A DNA stretch of 21,923 nucleotides from a virus (lineage: Duplodnaviria > Heunggongvirae > Uroviricota > Caudoviricetes): IMG/VR virus record IMGVR_UViG_2690316233_000017, positions 1 to 21,923 of that record. One strand, written 5' to 3'. How positions within the stretch are numbered: position 1 is the first letter of the stretch; every line of letters begins with the position of its first letter. The position numbers and the translations under genes were made by a program. This document shows positions 1 to 8,211 of this stretch, piece by piece. Below the pieces are notes generated by a model, which ran no database searches, had not been told where the DNA came from, and worked only from the letters and a program-made list of their open reading frames with translations.

Positions 1-141
1 TTACTGCTTACACTGTAAGAACGCCGCAAACTCCGCTCCCCAGAAGCTCATCCGTATTTCACACAGCGAACCGTGCAGCATCCAGATGATGAGGATTACC
101 GTCACGCAGAACGTGATGGCCGTAAGCGATTTTTGCGACAT
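1..141 (-). CDS. hok: Hok/Gef-family type I toxin, 46 aa
   Basis: Minus-strand translation is MSQKSLTAITFCVTVILIIWMLHGSLCEIRMSFWGAEFAAFLQCKQ: an N-terminal hydrophobic helix followed by the SLCE and AAFL.CK motifs, closest to my memory of E. coli HokA. ATG at 141..139 is preceded by AAAGGAG at an 8-nt spacing; TAA stop at 3..1. The ORF track missed it because it is under 60 aa. Confidence 0.7.
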   Translation of the reverse strand: MSQKSLTAITFCVTVILIIWMLHGSLCEIRMSFWGAEFAAFLQCKQ

Positions 142-271
142 AGCGCTTGCTCCTTTGTTGGAGAGGCGCTAACCTATCACTTGCTAAGGTTAGACGGTTA
201 GGGCCTCGGTTAAACAGAAATGTTTTCCGGGGCCTTTCCACATCTGGCCTTCGGGTATTCCCTCCGACCAT
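59..271 (-). CDS. mok: Mok-like overlapping reading frame (70 aa) needed for hok translation
   Basis: A 70-aa ORF in a different frame that starts upstream of hok and fully overlaps its 5' part, which is the architecture and size of mok in hok/sok loci. Called from arrangement only; the sequence itself is not conserved. Confidence 0.4.
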   Translation of the reverse strand: MVGGNTRRPDVERPRKTFLFNRGPNRLTLASDRLAPLQQRSKRYVAKIAYGHHVLRDGNPHHLDAARFAV

Positions 272-312
272 CAGCCGAAAGGCACCCGCGCGTAATCTAT
301 CGCTTTTTTGTT
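245..312 (+). ncRNA. sok: Putative Sok-like antisense RNA region (boundaries approximate)
   Basis: Plus-strand region antisense to the mok start and leader, ending at a T-run (304..309) as expected for a short terminated antisense RNA. No clear promoter or strong terminator stem was identified, so placement rests on hok/sok architecture. Confidence 0.25.
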
Positions 313-331
313 ACTCCGGCAATTCTGCCTG

Positions 332-592
332 TTAATTCTGAGATAAAGGCAAACTCATCTGATTGTTTCCCCTGTGTGAAGCTGGCAGCTCATGCCACGG
401 GATACCTTCTGAAGAGTGAACGCCGGAGGCGTGTTTTGATGTGAATTTATGGAAAGCTTCCAGTGTTGAGAAGCATACGCCGCATTCCAGATTGTTACAC
501 TGGTAATACTTTTGCCGCACGGTGTTTGAATCATTTTCCGGACGACTGGTGCGGATACGGGCAGATGCGCCACAAAGCGGACAACGGAACAT
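332..592 (-). CDS. ogr: Ogr/Delta-family zinc-finger late transcription activator
   Basis: MFRCPLCG...YYQCNNLECGVCF carries the C-x2-C...C-x4-C zinc-finger pattern of P2 Ogr. ATG at 592 is preceded by AAGGGAGG at a 5-nt spacing. Confidence 0.85.
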   Translation of the reverse strand: MFRCPLCGASARIRTSRPENDSNTVRQKYYQCNNLECGVCFSTLEAFHKFTSKHASGVHSSEGIPWHELPASHRGNNQMSLPLSQN

Positions 593-634
593 AGCGACCT
601 CCCTTAACGTGGTGCTGTCGCTATTCTAAGTTCC

Positions 635-1744
635 TCACTCTGTTTCCGCTATCCATTCCGGGATTTTTGCCTCAAGCTCAAGCTGTGTGGTAAAGCCACT
701 GTTATCAATGGTGTGCTCGGCTTTTGCAATAATCCAGTCCTGATTATCAATCTCGCTTTTAAATCCTGTTACCGTGCCATGCATTTCGGGGTAGAGTTCT
801 GCGCGTCCACGTGCCAGTGTGATGGAGAATGATGCGGCTCCGCGTTGTAGCTGCTGCCACTTTGCCGCCGCTGCGCGTCTTGCTGCCTGCTCGTTCTGAT
901 AAGTCTTGCGTAACACAAACACATTGCCTTCCGCACCTTCCATATAATCACCTTCACGGCTGCTGCTTTTCTCCTTTTTGGGTTTTGGCGGTTTGCGGCG
1001 TTTCACGCTGACTTTTTTCTTTTTCCCGTAATTAAGATCAAGCCAGTAAGCGCGTACCCCCGTATACGCTTCGCGGTCAGCAATGCGGAACTGATGGCGA
1101 TCGCCACTGCTGCGCGTGATGGCGAACGATGGCAACGGCTGGCCCTGTGCGTTCACGCCACCGCCTGGCATAATGAATAACAGATTACCGCTTTTTACCG
1201 TGGTGATTGCGCCCAGCATTTCCGCCATGCGCGTAAGAAAGGACATGTCGCTTTCTTCGGTCTGGTCGGCGTGGTCGATTTCGATATCCATCAGCATTTC
1301 GCTGATTTGTGGTTTCAGACCGTACCGATGAGCGATGGCGGATACCACACGCTCAACGGTCACATCATGCCAGGACACCTCACGTTTAACGTTAAATTCA
1401 TCCCGAAAATCTGCGCTTCTGGCTGAAACAGTCAGCCTGTCCGGCGGTCCTTCGTGAGCGATTTCATCAACAATGTAAGTGCCTTTTTCTGTCAGCGGTT
1501 CCCCTTTCCAGCCAATGAGAACCGTCAGACGCGCGCCCCGTGGCGGTAGCTGCAACTGGCCATCGGCATCATCCAGCGTGATGGTGAGCTGGTCCGCCTC
1601 AAATCCCCGGTTGTCGGTCAGCGACAGGCTCATCAGGCGCTCTGCCACGCCGGACAGCGTTTTACCCTCCGCGAGAATATCAAAATCCGGCATTTTCACG
1701 GGGTCTGTGCCCTGACTGAGCAATTGCATGGTGGTGTCGGTCAT
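635..1744 (-). CDS. D: Tail protein D (late control gene D family)
   Basis: Long ORF with gpD-like sequence. Start set at the internal ATG 1744 (MTDTTMQLLSQG...), which is preceded by GGAGGG; the 44-codon extension in the ORF track has no RBS. Confidence 0.8.
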   Translation of the reverse strand: MTDTTMQLLSQGTDPVKMPDFDILAEGKTLSGVAERLMSLSLTDNRGFEADQLTITLDDADGQLQLPPRGARLTVLIGWKGEPLTEKGTYIVDEIAHEGPPDRLTVSARSADFRDEFNVKREVSWHDVTVERVVSAIAHRYGLKPQISEMLMDIEIDHADQTEESDMSFLTRMAEMLGAITTVKSGNLLFIMPGGGVNAQGQPLPSFAITRSSGDRHQFRIADREAYTGVRAYWLDLNYGKKKKVSVKRRKPPKPKKEKSSSREGDYMEGAEGNVFVLRKTYQNEQAARRAAAAKWQQLQRGAASFSITLARGRAELYPEMHGTVTGFKSEIDNQDWIIAKAEHTIDNSGFTTQLELEAKIPEWIAETE

Positions 1745-1801
1745 CTGTTCCCTCCCTGTGCGGCATGGTCGCATGTGCGTGCGGAGTGGGTTACTGCTTT
1801 T

Positions 1802-1822
1802 TGTTGTCGCCGTGGCGGGAGA
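1802..1822 (+). promoter_or_regulatory. Candidate Ogr-dependent late promoter element upstream of FI
   Basis: TTGTTGT-N12-AGAA lies about 90 bp upstream of the FI ATG and resembles the TGT-N12-ACA activator dyad of P2 late promoters with one mismatch. A near-identical motif precedes gene P at 19119..19139. Confidence 0.35.
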
Positions 1823-1901
1823 ATAGCGCAGGGGTGAGATTACGCGCGTGGTGGGTGATGATTGTTGCTGAATCATTTAACGGATACAAGGGGCTGAAGC
1901 T

Positions 1902-3086
1902 ATGAGTGAAACTCGTTTTCATGGTGCCCGTGTTACGGAAAGTACCGACCTGGTAACAGCGATTAATGATGTTGATTCCAGTGTTATCGGTATCGTGGCA
2001 ACGGCGGATGATGCGGATGCGGAGCTGTTCCCGCTGAACAAGCCCACACTGCTGACCCGCGTCAATGACGTGCTGGGAAAATGCGGAACAACGGGGACGC
2101 TGTATCGTGCGCTTAAGGCCATCGCAGACCAGGTGAGCACAAAGGTGATCGTCGTTCGCGTGGCTGAACACAAAGAAGAAGACGGAAAGACGCAGGATCA
2201 ACTGGTTATCGGTGGTTCTGAGGATGACGGCAGCTATACGGGGATGTATGCGCTGCTTGTTGCAGAGCAGGATGAAAGCATCGGATACCGTCCGCGTATT
2301 CTGGCCGCGCCGGAGCTGGACACGGAGGCGGTAACAAAATCCCTGTGCGTGATTGCGGGTAAACTGCGCGCGTTTGTGTATGCCTCATGTCACGGCTGCA
2401 ACACGATGGCTGAGGCGATTACCTACCGCCAGAAATTCAACGAGCGTGAGGTGATGCTCTTATGGCCGGACTTCATCGCCTACAACCCGAAAAGTGGCAA
2501 AAACGAAACGTTCCCCGCGCCTGCCTATGCGTGCGGCCTTCGTGCGTACATTGACCATGAGCAGGGCTGGCACAAATCGCTGTCCAACGTTCCGGTTAAA
2601 AATGTGCTGGGGATGTCCAGGCATGTGTTTTGGTCGTTGCAGGCCGAAGACAGTGATGCCAACAGCCTCAACAACAAAGAAATCACGACCATTATTCGTC
2701 GCAACGGGTTCCGCTTCTGGGGCAACCGCACACCGGAAACGAACGCCTACATCTTTGAGGTGTATACCCGAACCGCACAGGTGCTGGCTGATTCAATTGC
2801 GGAAGCGCAGTTTGAAACCATCGACAGTCCACTGACGCCTGCGAACGTGAAAGATGTTATCAGTGCCATCAGGGCAAAACTGGATTCACTGGTTACTGCC
2901 GGGAAACTGATTGGCGCGGAGTGCTGGTATGACATCGTGGATAACAGCACCACGAATTTACGTCAGGGGCGCGTGCGTATTCGCTACAAATATACGCCTG
3001 TTCCCCCGTTGGAAGACATGGAGCTTTACCAGTCGTTTACTGATGAATTCTTTGGTCCCGCATTTGCGGTGCTGGGAGGTGCCTGA
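1902..3086 (+). CDS. FI: Contractile tail sheath protein
   Basis: 394-aa ORF with the characteristic ...DADAE.FPLNKP... region of P2 FI. RBS AAGGGG sits 8 nt upstream of the ATG. Confidence 0.9.
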   Translation: MSETRFHGARVTESTDLVTAINDVDSSVIGIVATADDADAELFPLNKPTLLTRVNDVLGKCGTTGTLYRALKAIADQVSTKVIVVRVAEHKEEDGKTQDQLVIGGSEDDGSYTGMYALLVAEQDESIGYRPRILAAPELDTEAVTKSLCVIAGKLRAFVYASCHGCNTMAEAITYRQKFNEREVMLLWPDFIAYNPKSGKNETFPAPAYACGLRAYIDHEQGWHKSLSNVPVKNVLGMSRHVFWSLQAEDSDANSLNNKEITTIIRRNGFRFWGNRTPETNAYIFEVYTRTAQVLADSIAEAQFETIDSPLTPANVKDVISAIRAKLDSLVTAGKLIGAECWYDIVDNSTTNLRQGRVRIRYKYTPVPPLEDMELYQSFTDEFFGPAFAVLGGA

Positions 3087-3598
3087 TGGCTGTACCAAAA
3101 CATCTTCGCTTTTTTACGCTGTTTGTGGATGGTGAAAACGAAGTGGGTAAGGTGACGTCCGTCACTCTGCCTAAGCTGACGCGCAAAACCGACAGCTACC
3201 GGGGTGGTGGCATGATGGGTGCGGTAAGTATTGATCTCGGTCTGGACGACTCCGCGCTTGATGCGAGCTTTGTCATGGGGGGCGCAGTTCGTGAGCTGTT
3301 CCTTAAGTATGGCGGCACGATTGACGGCACGCTGCTGCGTTTTGCGGGTGAATACTACACCGATGCAGAAAGCGACCTGTATGAAGTCGAAATGCGCGGA
3401 CGTGTGACGGAAATTGATATGGGGGAAGCCAAACAGGGCGAAGCCACATCACACACTTACGCCATTAAAAACACCTACTACAAGCTGAGTGTTAACGATC
3501 GCCCGTTGTGGGAGATTGACCTGCTGAACTTCATTTACCGGAAGGACGGCAAGGACATTGTGCCCGATCGCATCCGTTCCGCGCTCGGGCTTGGCTGA
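3086..3598 (+). CDS. FII: Tail tube protein
   Basis: 170-aa ORF directly after the sheath gene; its ATG overlaps the FI stop (TGATG). Size and position match P2 FII. Confidence 0.9.
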   Translation: MAVPKHLRFFTLFVDGENEVGKVTSVTLPKLTRKTDSYRGGGMMGAVSIDLGLDDSALDASFVMGGAVRELFLKYGGTIDGTLLRFAGEYYTDAESDLYEVEMRGRVTEIDMGEAKQGEATSHTYAIKNTYYKLSVNDRPLWEIDLLNFIYRKDGKDIVPDRIRSALGLG

Positions 3599-3652
3599 TA
3601 AGTAATATGCAGGCGGCGCAGTGCGTCGCCTCTGACTGAAAGGAGTTTCCTG

Positions 3653-4018
3653 ATGAAAGAGACGAAAAACATCGATACCGAAAACACGGTCGTTGCTGAC
3701 ACTGTGAAAGAAACCAGTGAGCGTGGCGTAAAACTTACCCAACCAATTGAGCGAGGCGGCGAAAAAATCACGTATGTGGAGATCACCGGGGCTATTGAGC
3801 AGGCTGGATCTCTGCGAGATTTATCGCTGTCTGATGTGCTGAATCTGAAAGCGGAATCCATGTTTACGCTGCTGTCACGCGTGACATCACCGCGACTGGA
3901 TGAAGTGACGATCAAAAAAATGGCATCCCGTGATTTTATTCAGTTATGTGTGGTTGCCGTAAATTTTTTGAGCGGTGCGGACTCTGGCGGGAAGAACGAA
4001 CAGGCGACGGAAGCCTGA
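3653..4018 (+). CDS. E: Tail assembly chaperone E (zero-frame product)
   Basis: 121-aa ORF between the tube and tape-measure genes, with AAAGGAG RBS. Contains a T TTT TTG slippery heptamer near its 3' end. Confidence 0.8.
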   Translation: MKETKNIDTENTVVADTVKETSERGVKLTQPIERGGEKITYVEITGAIEQAGSLRDLSLSDVLNLKAESMFTLLSRVTSPRLDEVTIKKMASRDFIQLCVVAVNFLSGADSGGKNEQATEA

Positions 4019-4182
4019 TCACGGTTGTGTGCTTTGAGCACATAGAAGACTTTGTGGCGGATATTGCCGCCATTTTTAACTGGTCGCCCGCCGAAATCTT
4101 CATGATGACGCCCGGCGAAGTGGTTAGCTGGCGTGAGCGGGCGGCACTTCGCAGCGGGAATGCAGACAATGAAGACTCTTGA
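3653..4182 (+). CDS. E': Tail assembly chaperone E+E' (predicted -1 frameshift product)
   Basis: The -1 frame is open from 3946 to 4182 and overlaps the end of E. A shift at T_TTT_TTG (3964..3970) would join the two frames, analogous to P2 E/E' and lambda G/GT. Confidence 0.55.
3964..3970 (+). other. Programmed -1 ribosomal frameshift slippery heptamer T_TTT_TTG
   Basis: The heptamer is in phase with the E reading frame (codons aat-ttt-ttg) and lies inside the E/E' overlap window. Confidence 0.55.
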
Positions 4183-6976
4183 TATCCGGGTCGCTTTCAG
4201 CGCCGTTGACAGGCTGACCCGGCCTGCCGAAAACGCCCGCCGCCTGATGGGGCAGTTTGGTGACTCCATCCAGCGAACGCAGGGGGCGATCAAAAATCTC
4301 GAGCGTCAGGCGCGATCATTTGAGCGCGCCCGCGACGCTGTCAGTAAAGCGGATGCGGGTATCGTGAAAGCACGACGCCAGCTTAACGCCCTTAATCAGT
4401 TACAACGCACGGGTACAGTGCTCAGCGAAAAACAACAAAAGCTGATGCAGCAGTTAAGCACCCGGCTTGAACGCCTGAATGAATCGCGCACACGGGAAAT
4501 TCAGAAAATGCGGGAGCTTGGCGGAGAGCTGAAACGCCACGGCATTTCCCTGACAGGCAGCGATAACACCATCCAGCAGGCCATCAGACGCACCGAACAG
4601 TACAACAACCAGCTTGAACGCGAACGGCAGGCGCTTGCGCGTGTAACGCGGGCGCGTGAGCGGTATTCGCGCGCGCAGGAAACCGCGGGAAAACTGAAAA
4701 CAGGTGGTGCGCTGGCAATTGGTGCGGCAGCGGCGGGCGGCTATGCTGCCGGGCGTTTTTTGCAGCCTGCGATCGGGTTCGGCAAAGAGATGTCCCGCGT
4801 TCAGGCACTGACGCGAATCGACAAAAACAGCCCGCAGTTTAAGGCGCTGCGTGAGCAGGCGTTAAAACTTGGCTCTGAAACACAGTTTACTGCGAGTGAT
4901 GCCGCCAGTGGGCAGAGCTTTCTGGCAATGGCTGGTTTTACTCCGCAGGCCATTCAGGCCGCATTGCCCGGTGTTCTTAATATGGCGCTGGCAGGTGGCG
5001 TCGAACTCGGCGAGACGGCGGATATAGGCTCCAATATCCTCACACAGTTCAACCTGACAGCCGATCAAATGGACCGGGTGGGCGATACGCTGACAGCAGC
5101 ATTTACCCGGACCAATACTGATTTACGCGCGCTGGGCGAAACCATGAAGTATACCGGTCCGGTTGCCGCAAAACTTGGTATCAGTCTTGAAGAAGCGGCG
5201 GCCATGGCCGGGATGCTTGCCAATAATGGTCTTCGCGGAAGCGATGCTGGCACGGCCATGCGCGCAAGTCTGTCCCGCCTTGCATCACCGCCAAAAGCTG
5301 CGGCTGATGCACTGAAAGAGCTGGGGGTGTCAGTTGCTGACGCCAGAGGCAAAATGCGCCCGATGGAGGATGTGCTGCTTGATCTCTATAAGGCGACACA
5401 AAAATACGGACAGGTGGACCAGGTCTCCTTTTTCAAGGACATCGCCGGAGAAGAGGCGTTCGTTGGTTTGCAGACGCTTGTTGCGGCGGCTGGTTCAGGA
5501 GAGCTGCAAAAACTGACCAGAGAATTGCAGGGGGCAAGGGGAGAGGCCGATCGCGTTGCAAAAGTAATGGCCGATAATCTTGATGGGGACCTGAAAAATC
5601 TCGACAGCGCATGGGAAGGTCTTCGTATTCGCATCAGTGATCTGGTTGACGGTCCGCTGCGTTCTGTCACGCAGTGGCTCACGCGGGTGCTTGAAAAAAT
5701 CACCTCGCTGGCGCAGGCCCATCCGGTACTGACACGCCAGCTACTGATAGCAGGCGGTGCGTTGCTGGCAATGACTGCAACGATTGGCTCGTTGTCGCTG
5801 GTTATTGGGGTGCTTTACGGAAAGCTGGCCACCCTGCGTCTTGGTTTTGACATTCTTACCCGGTCAATGAATGTCGTCAGGGTGTTGCCTGCGCTGTGGG
5901 GAATGCTGACGGGTTCCGTTTCTTTGCTGGGAGGCGCTATCGGGGCGCTGTTCAGTCCGGTTGGTCTTATCGTGGCTGCGCTTGCCGGAGCTGCCGTTCT
6001 TATCTGGAAATACTGGGATCCCATCAGGGCATTTTTTGCCGGGGTGTTCAGCGGGATTATGGAAAGGCTGAACCCGTTGCGTGAAACCTTTGAACGGTTT
6101 GGCCCTGTTTTTGACGCAATCGGAAGCGGGATCAGCCAGGTGTTTAACTGGTTTAAATCGCTGCTGTCACCGATGGAGTCCAGCAAGGAAACGCTGGATA
6201 AATGTACCAGTGCTGGCGAGATATTCGGTAACGTTCTTGGTGGCGCGTTACAGCTTGTTCTGACGCCTGCAAAAATGTTGCTGGATACGCTGGCGTGGAT
6301 ACTTGAAAAACTCGGTGTTCTTCCGGATGAAGCGGAAAGGGCGAGAAAGAAAATCGAAGACGCACAGCGTGCGGCCATTCTTCAGGACAAGGTTGCCTTG
6401 CTTCAGGGGGACCTGGCGAAAATCAATCCGCCGAAGCCTGTGGAAAATGGCAATGGCACCGGAGGTGATAACCCCAAAGACAACAAACCGCTCACAGACA
6501 GCAATACCGGTACGCTACGCAGACTCAGCAAAATTGCTGATAACACAGGTAAGCTGGTTGATGTGACGAAAAAACGCATTGGCCCCGGCGATATTGTCTT
6601 TAAGAACCTGCCCCGCGCACTTGCTGTTCGTGGGGAGTGGCAGGAGCGGAAGATTGCGCAGGTCAGTAAGCCTGCCCCCGCAATTAATATCACACCCGTG
6701 GTTCCGGCTCCGCTGCCTCCGGCGCTGGTCCCTGTTGTTGCGGCCAGCTCCCGCCCGGTGGCGGAGGCCATACGATCGCCAGTGGCATCAGTTCCTGCAA
6801 CTTCCCGTAACCGTGAGCCTGTTGCCTCCGGATTTGGCGGTGAAATTCATGTTCATCTGCATAACGTTGTTACACAGAATCCCCGCGAACTGGCGAAACT
6901 GGTCGGTGAAATGGTCAGGGCAGAAATGGAACGGCGCGCCCGTGCCGGGCGTGGCAGTTTTTACGATAAAGATTGA
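4160..6976 (+). CDS. T: Tail tape measure protein
   Basis: About 939-aa ORF with a coiled-coil-like N-terminus, a central hydrophobic/Gly-Ala-rich segment and a Pro-rich C-terminus, placed after E/E' as in P2. Start is ambiguous between ATG 4160 and ATG 4169; the ORF track's 4133 begins on a non-ATG codon. Confidence 0.85.
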   Translation: MQTMKTLDIRVAFSAVDRLTRPAENARRLMGQFGDSIQRTQGAIKNLERQARSFERARDAVSKADAGIVKARRQLNALNQLQRTGTVLSEKQQKLMQQLSTRLERLNESRTREIQKMRELGGELKRHGISLTGSDNTIQQAIRRTEQYNNQLERERQALARVTRARERYSRAQETAGKLKTGGALAIGAAAAGGYAAGRFLQPAIGFGKEMSRVQALTRIDKNSPQFKALREQALKLGSETQFTASDAASGQSFLAMAGFTPQAIQAALPGVLNMALAGGVELGETADIGSNILTQFNLTADQMDRVGDTLTAAFTRTNTDLRALGETMKYTGPVAAKLGISLEEAAAMAGMLANNGLRGSDAGTAMRASLSRLASPPKAAADALKELGVSVADARGKMRPMEDVLLDLYKATQKYGQVDQVSFFKDIAGEEAFVGLQTLVAAAGSGELQKLTRELQGARGEADRVAKVMADNLDGDLKNLDSAWEGLRIRISDLVDGPLRSVTQWLTRVLEKITSLAQAHPVLTRQLLIAGGALLAMTATIGSLSLVIGVLYGKLATLRLGFDILTRSMNVVRVLPALWGMLTGSVSLLGGAIGALFSPVGLIVAALAGAAVLIWKYWDPIRAFFAGVFSGIMERLNPLRETFERFGPVFDAIGSGISQVFNWFKSLLSPMESSKETLDKCTSAGEIFGNVLGGALQLVLTPAKMLLDTLAWILEKLGVLPDEAERARKKIEDAQRAAILQDKVALLQGDLAKINPPKPVENGNGTGGDNPKDNKPLTDSNTGTLRRLSKIADNTGKLVDVTKKRIGPGDIVFKNLPRALAVRGEWQERKIAQVSKPAPAINITPVVPAPLPPALVPVVAASSRPVAEAIRSPVASVPATSRNREPVASGFGGEIHVHLHNVVTQNPRELAKLVGEMVRAEMERRARAGRGSFYDKD

Positions 6977-6988
6977 GGAGTCATGGCC

Positions 6989-7477
6989 ATGATGATGATC
7001 TACGGCATGTTTGTTTTTGAGCTGCGCACGCTGCCGCATCAGCAGTTACAGCAAAACAAAAGCTGGCGGCATGTGAAAAATGAGCGCGTTAACCGTTCAG
7101 CAAGCTGGCAGTATATCGGTGCAGGTGATGATCGCATCGTTCTTTCTGGTGTGCTTTATCCTGAAATTACAGGTGGCGAAGTGTCGCTGTCGCTGCTGAC
7201 CACGCAGGCGTATACAGGACGACCCTGGCCTTTGATTGATGGCGTCGGGCAGATTTACGGCATGTATGTCCTGACCGGAACGAATACGACCCGTTCCGAG
7301 TTTGATCGCTACGGTAAGGCGAAAAAGATAGAATTTTCACTGACCCTTGAACGCTGTGATGAGGATTTGCGGGAGCGCCTGCAATCCTCATCGTTCAGCG
7401 ATATGCTGTCCGGCTTCAAAGATAAAGTGACATCATCCCTTAACAGCGCGGCCAGTTCAGTTAAAGGGCTGTTCTGA
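6989..7477 (+). CDS. U: Tail protein U
   Basis: gpU-like ORF immediately after T. GAGGAG at 6975..6980 is spaced 8 nt from ATG 6989; the ATG at 6983 is only 2 nt from it. Confidence 0.8.
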   Translation: MMMIYGMFVFELRTLPHQQLQQNKSWRHVKNERVNRSASWQYIGAGDDRIVLSGVLYPEITGGEVSLSLLTTQAYTGRPWPLIDGVGQIYGMYVLTGTNTTRSEFDRYGKAKKIEFSLTLERCDEDLRERLQSSSFSDMLSGFKDKVTSSLNSAASSVKGLF

Positions 7478-7484
7478 TTTAATG

Positions 7485-7524
7485 CTGGCCACTCATACCC
7501 TCATACCTGGTAATGAGTGGCCAG
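7485..7524. terminator. Perfect 12-bp inverted repeat hairpin just after the U stop; possible bidirectional terminator
   Basis: CTGGCCACTCAT (7485..7496) and ATGAGTGGCCAG (7513..7524) flank a 16-nt loop, followed by TCTT. The U-tract is weak, so terminator function is not certain. Confidence 0.35.
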
Positions 7525-7647
7525 TCTTAACACTCACCATTTGATTGCACCAGTGTTAACGATTTGTTACCGGATATCAGACGCGCTGGATAGCCAGTAG
7601 AAACATACCATTAAAATTATTACAATAATTGGTCACATGATTATCTT

Positions 7648-8211
7648 ATGCTAAATAATAGAGATATGAATATTAATGAACTTAAAGACTGTATTCACTA
7701 TGAAGTAATCGGTAGCGAGCGTCCTTTCTCCTGGCGAAAGGCAATTGTTCGCGCAATAAAACATAGAAGAGTTCGTTATTTATTTTGGTGGCGCATAGCC
7801 AAATACCTTTTTGATAAAGGCGGATACTGTCGGAAGATTGCGGGGAAAATAGAACGTTTCATTCTTGATAAATATAATGTAACAGTCCCTTTAACTGTAA
7901 ATATAGGGAAAGGCTTTGATATTTCTTATCTCAATAGTGTTGTTATCGGTCACAAAGTAACCATCGGTGAAAATTGTTCAATAAAACCAGGGGTAACTAT
8001 TGGGCTACGTGGTGATTTTAATGATATGGATATTGTTATAGGACATAATGTGACCATTGGTTGTAATGCCACCATTCTTGGTGGCAAAGTGCGTATAGGA
8101 AACAATGTCACAATAGGTGCTCATGCATTGGTATTGCATGATATTCCTGATGATTCAACATTCATCACTAAATTTCAGTCTGAAGTTATCTGCTCGTCCT
8201 CCCGCACATAA
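7648..8211 (+). CDS. Hexapeptide-repeat (left-handed beta-helix) acetyltransferase, WcaB/CysE-like; cargo gene
   Basis: Repeated [LIV]-G-x-x-x-x hexapeptides ([22 protein letters not shown]...[34 protein letters not shown]) after a helical N-terminal region, as in serine/sugar O-acetyltransferases. Strongly AT-rich by eye compared with the flanking phage genes. Start could also be ATG 7666. Confidence 0.7.
   Translation: MLNNRDMNINELKDCIHYEVIGSERPFSWRKAIVRAIKHRRVRYLFWWRIAKYLFDKGGYCRKIAGKIERFILDKYNVTVPLTVNIGKGFDISYLNSVVIGHKVTIGENCSIKPGVTIGLRGDFNDMDIVIGHNVTIGCNATILGGKVRIGNNVTIGAHALVLHDIPDDSTFITKFQSEVICSSSRT

Noticed and set aside
220-444. 74-aa plus-strand ORF across the mok/ogr junction
   Set aside because: Antisense to mok and ogr with no RBS. 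The plus strand here is better explained by a short Sok-like antisense RNA than by a protein.
355-573. 72-aa minus-strand ORF overlapping ogr
   Set aside because: Alternative frame inside the ogr coding region with no RBS; ogr in the other frame has the zinc-finger motif and a strong RBS.
960-1030. Lys/Pro-rich stretch (GKKKKVSVKRRKPPKPKKEKSS) inside D as a possible separate element
   Set aside because: It is in frame within the continuous gpD ORF and is most simply a basic linker or insertion in the protein, not an independent feature.
1791-2201. 136-aa minus-strand ORF overlapping the FI 5' end and the FI/D intergenic region
   Set aside because: Antisense to the well-supported sheath gene, with no RBS.
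5815-6771. Minus-strand ORFs of 187 and 122 aa inside the tape-measure gene
   Set aside because: Antisense ORFs in a GC-rich gene, Ser/Ala/Pro-rich and low-complexity, with no start signals.
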